Origin: the human T2T-CHM13v2.0 reference genome, Homo sapiens
NCBI RefSeq assembly: GCF_009914755.1
Contig: NC_060931.1
Strand: one strand, 5' to 3'
Length of the DNA stretch: 64,000 bases
The notes under the pieces were generated by a model that did no database searches, had not been told where the DNA came from, and saw nothing but the letters and a program-made list of their open reading frames with translations. Shown in pieces: positions 57,989 through 64,000 of the stretch; the stretch's first letter is position 1; each line of letters starts with the position of its first letter. The translations under genes and the position numbers were made by a program.

Positions 57989-58685
57989 ATCACGGCTGGG
58001 GTCACTCCCCTCTCGGGGCCCGCCAGAGCCTCCTTCAACGCTGGCCAGAATAATCACTTGGGCTGCCTGTGGTTTCATCCTTTCCCTCCTCCTTCTCTCC
58101 TTTTAAAGAAGCATCACTGTTGAACGAGTCCTCTACTCTACCGACCGGAAATACTGCCTGATAACGGCTCCCCCGCAAGGACCCCCTTCGTGAATGTCCG
58201 TGCAGCCTGCTGTACTTTTAGGTTGGAGACAAGCATCATTCCTTCATGCATTCATTAATTCATTCACACAATGAGCATTCTGGGACGTGGAGACGGAAGT
58301 GACTCAGGTCCGGGAACCCCAAATCCACCGTGTGGAGCTCCGTGAAGCTGGCTGCCCTGTCGAGACCTGCCTTGGTGCTTCTTCCAGGTCAGCAGAAATC
58401 TCCCGGCATCTCGGATGCCCCAGCCGGCCTGGTGCCCTCTGGCCTCTGCTGTTTCTCCTGCTCTACCCCAGCCTTCCAGATCTTTCCTTATGGTAGAGCC
58501 GCAGTGGGAAGCACCGGGAATGAGGGGCGGGAGAGGCCCTGAATGTGCCCCTCAGGGAAGGGTAGTGAGGATTTGCAGGTGCAGGGGCCCGAGCCTGGGT
58601 CTCCAGCGAAACACACACTTCCTTCCCGCAGGCTCTTACTCCAGCCTCCTGCTTTTCGGCCTGTGTTCCAGCGGTGGTGAGCATC

Positions 58686-58882
58686 TTCCAACGCCATCAG
58701 CGGCCTCGTCCAACGCCATCAGCGGCCTCATCCAACTCCATCAGTCGCCTCACCCAACGCCATCAGCGGCCCCGTCCAACTCCATCAGTCACCTCACCCA
58801 ATGCCATCAGCGGCCTCATCCAACTCCATCAACGGCCTCGTCCAACGCCATCAGCGGCCCCGTCCAACTCCATCAGCGGCCC
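58686..58882. repeat. 22-bp tandem repeat, ~9 copies (TCCAACGCCATCAGCGGCCTCG)
   Basis: Direct inspection. Confidence 0.95.
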
Positions 58883-59464
58883 CAGCCGCATTGCTGGGCT
58901 TCTGTTGTTTTGAACCAAGACACTGGCTCCCGAATTTGCCGAAGTTGCCAAACATCCACTGGGACTTGAGCTCTTTGCTGACCTCCTGTTTCTTTCCAGC
59001 AGCCCCCAGGGCAGAGAGGTGCCCTCCTTCTGGACCCAAAATGATCCTCGTCACTGCCCACAGCTGCGGGTGTTTCGGCGAGGACGGGACCTTAAACTCC
59101 GCCACCCTGACGCACGCATTTCCCGATGACAGGTACAGAGTTGGGGCGTGTGCTTAGGGAGCATGCAAGCATAAGATCCTGCTCACCCTTGAGGGCCGGA
59201 GACATGGGGAACATGTCAGACACACGGGAGCATACGTGTAGCTCTGCAGAGCCGGGCAGGTCACCACACAGCCTGGACAGGTCACTCATTCCTGCCCGGG
59301 GCCACCTGGGGAGGGGGTTCCTCTCAGGGAGGCCCCAGGCAGAGCCTCCGGACGACGGACGCACTGCCGGCCCTGGGGTTCCGGCCCAGTTCCTGCAGTA
59401 TGAATCCGAAGGGAGGGGGCTTCAGATCGCCGGGCAGGCCACAGTTCAAACAACCATGGGGCAC

Positions 59465-59934
59465 AGGTGATGCATGTGGGCCCCAAAGTGGGGCTTAGCC
59501 CACGAGGGTTCTTGACTTTGCCCAGGACAGGATTCAAGGGCCAGCAGGAGGTGGAATGAACAGCTTTACTGAGGTGGCAGTGTTTGGTGTTACAGCTCAG
59601 AGCCGCTCCCGCTAGGCAGTGCGCTGAGGGTAGCAGCTCAGGGCGCTTTTGCAGTCCCATTTATACCCACTTTAAATTATGTGCACATTAAGGGGTGGGT
59701 TATACACAGCTCTCTGGTTAAGGGTGGTAATTTTCCGGGTCATCGGACCACAATGCCATGGAAAGGGGCGGGAGCGCCCGGGTGTTGTCATGGCAACGGT
59801 AAACTGACAATGGTGCACGGGTGGGCGTGGCTTACGGAGAGTGGCTTGCACCCTGGCCCTGTTTTAGCCAGTCCTCAATTAGGTCCAGTGTCCCAGCCCC
59901 ACCTCTGGAGTCGAGTCCCACCTGCTAACTCTCA
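59465..59934 (-). mobile_element. ERV1-class solo LTR (MER66-like)
   Basis: Minus strand begins TGAG...GGGACTCGACTCCAGAGG; internal GTTGCCATGACAAC X-box-like motif; subfamily from memory. Confidence 0.7.
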
Positions 59935-60231
59935 GGCACGGAGTCCCTCGCCGGCACCCGGAATGGGAGTTCACACGCGAATTCCTGCCGTGTCCTCAGG
60001 ACAGCTGCTCGGCCCACCCAACAGTCTGCGTGCGGCCACCACGGACTGCGGCCCCAGCACATCCCGGGAGCTCCACGGAGCCACCTGTCGCCTGCCTGTG
60101 GTGGGGCCGTGGCGTGAGACGGCAAAAATGACTCACACACACATCCAGATAGAGAAGCTGCCACCGTCTTTTTAAAATTAAACTTTTAATTTTGCCATCA
60201 TCGTACATTTGAGTGCGGTTGTTAGAAATAA

Positions 60232-60780
<549 letters not shown>

Positions 60781-60870
60781 TGATGCTAGAGGGCAGGAGG
60801 AATCTCAGTGGCAGGAATGTGAGGCCACAGACCACCCACCCCATGGAGGCCCCGGACGGGCGTGCGGTCA

Positions 60871-61200
<330 letters not shown>

Positions 61201-61542
61201 TCAGAAGCAATCACAACACCAGCTCCGTGACCAGTAAGCTGCATAAGATGAGGCCGTGACGCTGTCCCCCAGCACCTCTGTGCCAGGGGGCCTGGGTTTT
61301 CTTGCAGTCAGTGGGTCCCAGACGCATGCAGCTCATGTGCCCTCTTCACCAGTTGCGGAGGGAGCTATTCTGACACTTATCCCTGGCTTAACGTAAATAC
61401 CCAGCAGTGAAAACTGACTCCAGGTTAACTCAGTATGAAAATACTTTTGTTACTTCAAAAGAATAGAGCTGCTTACATTTTTGCAAACAATGGAGTCCCA
61501 GCTAAGCACAAAGCCTACTAAGTGGTTTAAAATAACTCAGAA

Positions 61543-62146
61543 GCCAGGCACAGTGGGCTCACGCCTATAAATCCCAAGACTTTGGGAGGCTGAGGCAGGA
61601 GGATCGCTTGAGGCCAGGAGTTCAAGACCAGCCAGGCCGACATAATGAGACCCCATCTCTACAAAAAATGTTTTAAATCAGCCAGGCATGCTGGTGTGTA
61701 CCTGTAGTCTCAGCTACTCAGGATGCTAAGGCGGGAGGATCGCTTGAGGCCAGAGTTCAAGACCAGCCTGGGCAACACAGTGAGATCTCGTCTCTACAAA
61801 AATTAAAAAATTAGCCAGGCGTGGTGGTGTACACCTGTGGTCCCAGCTCCTCAGGAGGATGAGGCAAAAGGATCACTTGAGCACGGGAGGTCGCGGCTGC
61901 AGTGAGCTATGATCACGTCACTGCACTCCAGCTTGGGAGACAGAGCAACACCCTGTCTCAAAAAAAAAAAAAAGAAAAAAGAAAAAAATAGAAAAACTGG
62001 CCGGGTGCAGTGGCTCAAGCCTGTAATCCCAGCACTTTGGGAGGCTGAGGTGGGTGGATTGCCTGAGCTCAGGGGTTCGAGACCAGCCTGGTCAACATGG
62101 CAAAACCCCATCTCTACTAAAATACAAAAAATAATAATAATAATAC
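61543..62146 (+). mobile_element. Three-arm composite Alu followed by an Alu left arm
   Basis: Left, hybrid and right arms with A tail; extra arm at 61999-62146. Confidence 0.9.
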
Positions 62147-62746
62147 ATGAATAACAAAATAATTCAGAATGGTAACTGCCCATCGAAAAGAAACACTGTT
62201 CATCAGGGGACTGATCAAACAACATGGAACTGCATTTATGTTGCAACATTAAGGCACAGTATACGTTCTACTATTTTAGGTCAAAATGCTTACTTCCCAT
62301 GCCAAGTTTATCTTTAAATGCTTGCAAACTCAATGTTATCTTTCCGCCCTTCTCACAAGGTCTTCCCTTCCCTGTCTTTATTCATCCCTAACCCTTGGAA
62401 GGAAAAAAAAATTACTAATGTCAGATTTTATAAGAAAATAATGATCACCTGATTAACGATTTCTTTTTTGACAAAAAAAAAAACAAACAAACGTTTCCTG
62501 GCCTATACAAATCAGATGCTACCTATGTAGGTCAGAAGCTAAAAATAAAAAGCAAAGCATTTATTTTACATCTAGGTTAGGAGGGAGATTTCTCTCCTTA
62601 AAAATCCCTGTCGGCGCCGTAGGTTGCAAAGGAAAATGCTTCCCACGAACCCCAGGGCCGGGCAGATTCTGCAGCATAGGGAAGGGGGGTGAGGACCCCA
62701 CAACCAGAGCTGTTTGACCAGCTTCCTAAAAACAGGGTCCGTACCA

Positions 62747-63042
62747 GCTGGGCGCGGTGGCTCACGCCTGTAATCCCAGCACTTTGGGAGGCCGAGGCGG
62801 GCGGATCACGAGGTCAGGAGATCGAGACCATCCTGGCTAACACGGTGAAACGCCGTCTCTACTAAAAATACAAAAAATTAGCCGGGCGTGGTGGCGGACG
62901 CCTGTAGTCCCAGCTACTCCGGAGGCTGAGGCAGAAGAATGGCGTGAACCCAGGAGGCAGAGCTTGCAGTGAGCCGAGATAGCACCACTGACCTCCAGCC
63001 TGGGCAACAGAGCAACACTCTGTCTCAAAAAAAAAAAAAAAA
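62747..63042 (+). mobile_element. AluY
   Basis: GGATCACGAGGTCAGGAGATCGAGACCATCCTGGCTAACACGG; TSD GGTCYGTACCAG. Confidence 0.95.
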
Positions 63043-63401
63043 GGTCTGTACCAGACAGAAGCTGCTGAATAATTCAGAACCCGGGCGTGCTCCCAAGCAG
63101 GCCAACACATCAGTGCACACCTGACAATTAAATGATGCAGGTGATTTTTTAGAGCAATTATGGTTTGTGTTCAGGGTGCAGAATGAGACCAGCATATGAA
63201 TTTGGAGTGTTTTCTTTACTGGTTTCCTTACAAGGACAGTAATACGAGGCATCTCATTTCAGAAGTCAGCTGCAGTTAGGAAGTTCATTTCCACATATTT
63301 GATTAGCAAATGCTTACTCTATTACATTTGAAACCTGTAGTATTCTGAGTTCTAAAAACAAAAATTATCTCCTGGCTACATTAATCTTGGATGAAAACTG
63401 A

Positions 63402-63750
<349 letters not shown>

Positions 63751-64000
63751 CACAGATGGGATCCATCCCCATTCACCATGTAAACTGCAGAATAAACGCA
63801 GTCACGTGTCCCAAAAAGCACCTGACAAGGGCAGCCTGCAGCCACAGGACGAGACGTCGTAAGGCTGCGTGCACCTGCCCAGGGGGGAAACCCATCGCCA
63901 AGCTCTGTGCTGGAATTCTGCAGACTTGCAGCTCCCATGTGGGCCATGCTGATACTACGGGGTCTCCTGTCCTAGGGGCCGAGCCCTGCGCGTTCAGGAG

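Overview
GC-rich human subtelomeric DNA, recognisable as chr7p22.3. Left end (1-~4200): a CpG island holding the minus-strand PDGFA 5' UTR and promoter. It contains the TATA box, the G-quadruplex/Sp1-EGR1 element, a CArG box and three uAUGs; the PDGFA ATG falls just outside the window. A divergent plus-strand lncRNA region (PDGFA-DT/HRAT92) follows. Middle (6-30 kb): intergenic, rich in Alu, L1, MaLR and tandem repeats. Right half: the last three coding exons (122, 82 and 173 nt) and 3' UTR of PRKAR1B (PKA RI-beta, minus strand). Its 28.5 kb penultimate intron is packed with VNTRs, solo LTRs and a probable antisense lncRNA. Apart from the PRKAR1B exon fragments and PDGFA uORFs, I judge the ORF track spurious (GC-rich or repeat-derived). 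Best leads: (1) a perfect splice donor upstream of the PDGFA promoter preceded by an in-phase ATG, which could give a signal-peptide-less PDGF-A; (2) a 28-copy VNTR beside PRKAR1B exon 10 carrying 20 intact TGACGTGG (CRE-half/UPRE) motifs and pre-mRNA G-runs; (3) a MER53 hairpin with a near-miR-1302 arm in the last PRKAR1B intron; (4) a (GGC)7 tract in the poly-Gly frame of a PDGFA uORF. Gene and repeat-family names come from recognition, not database search. Repeat boundaries are approximate.
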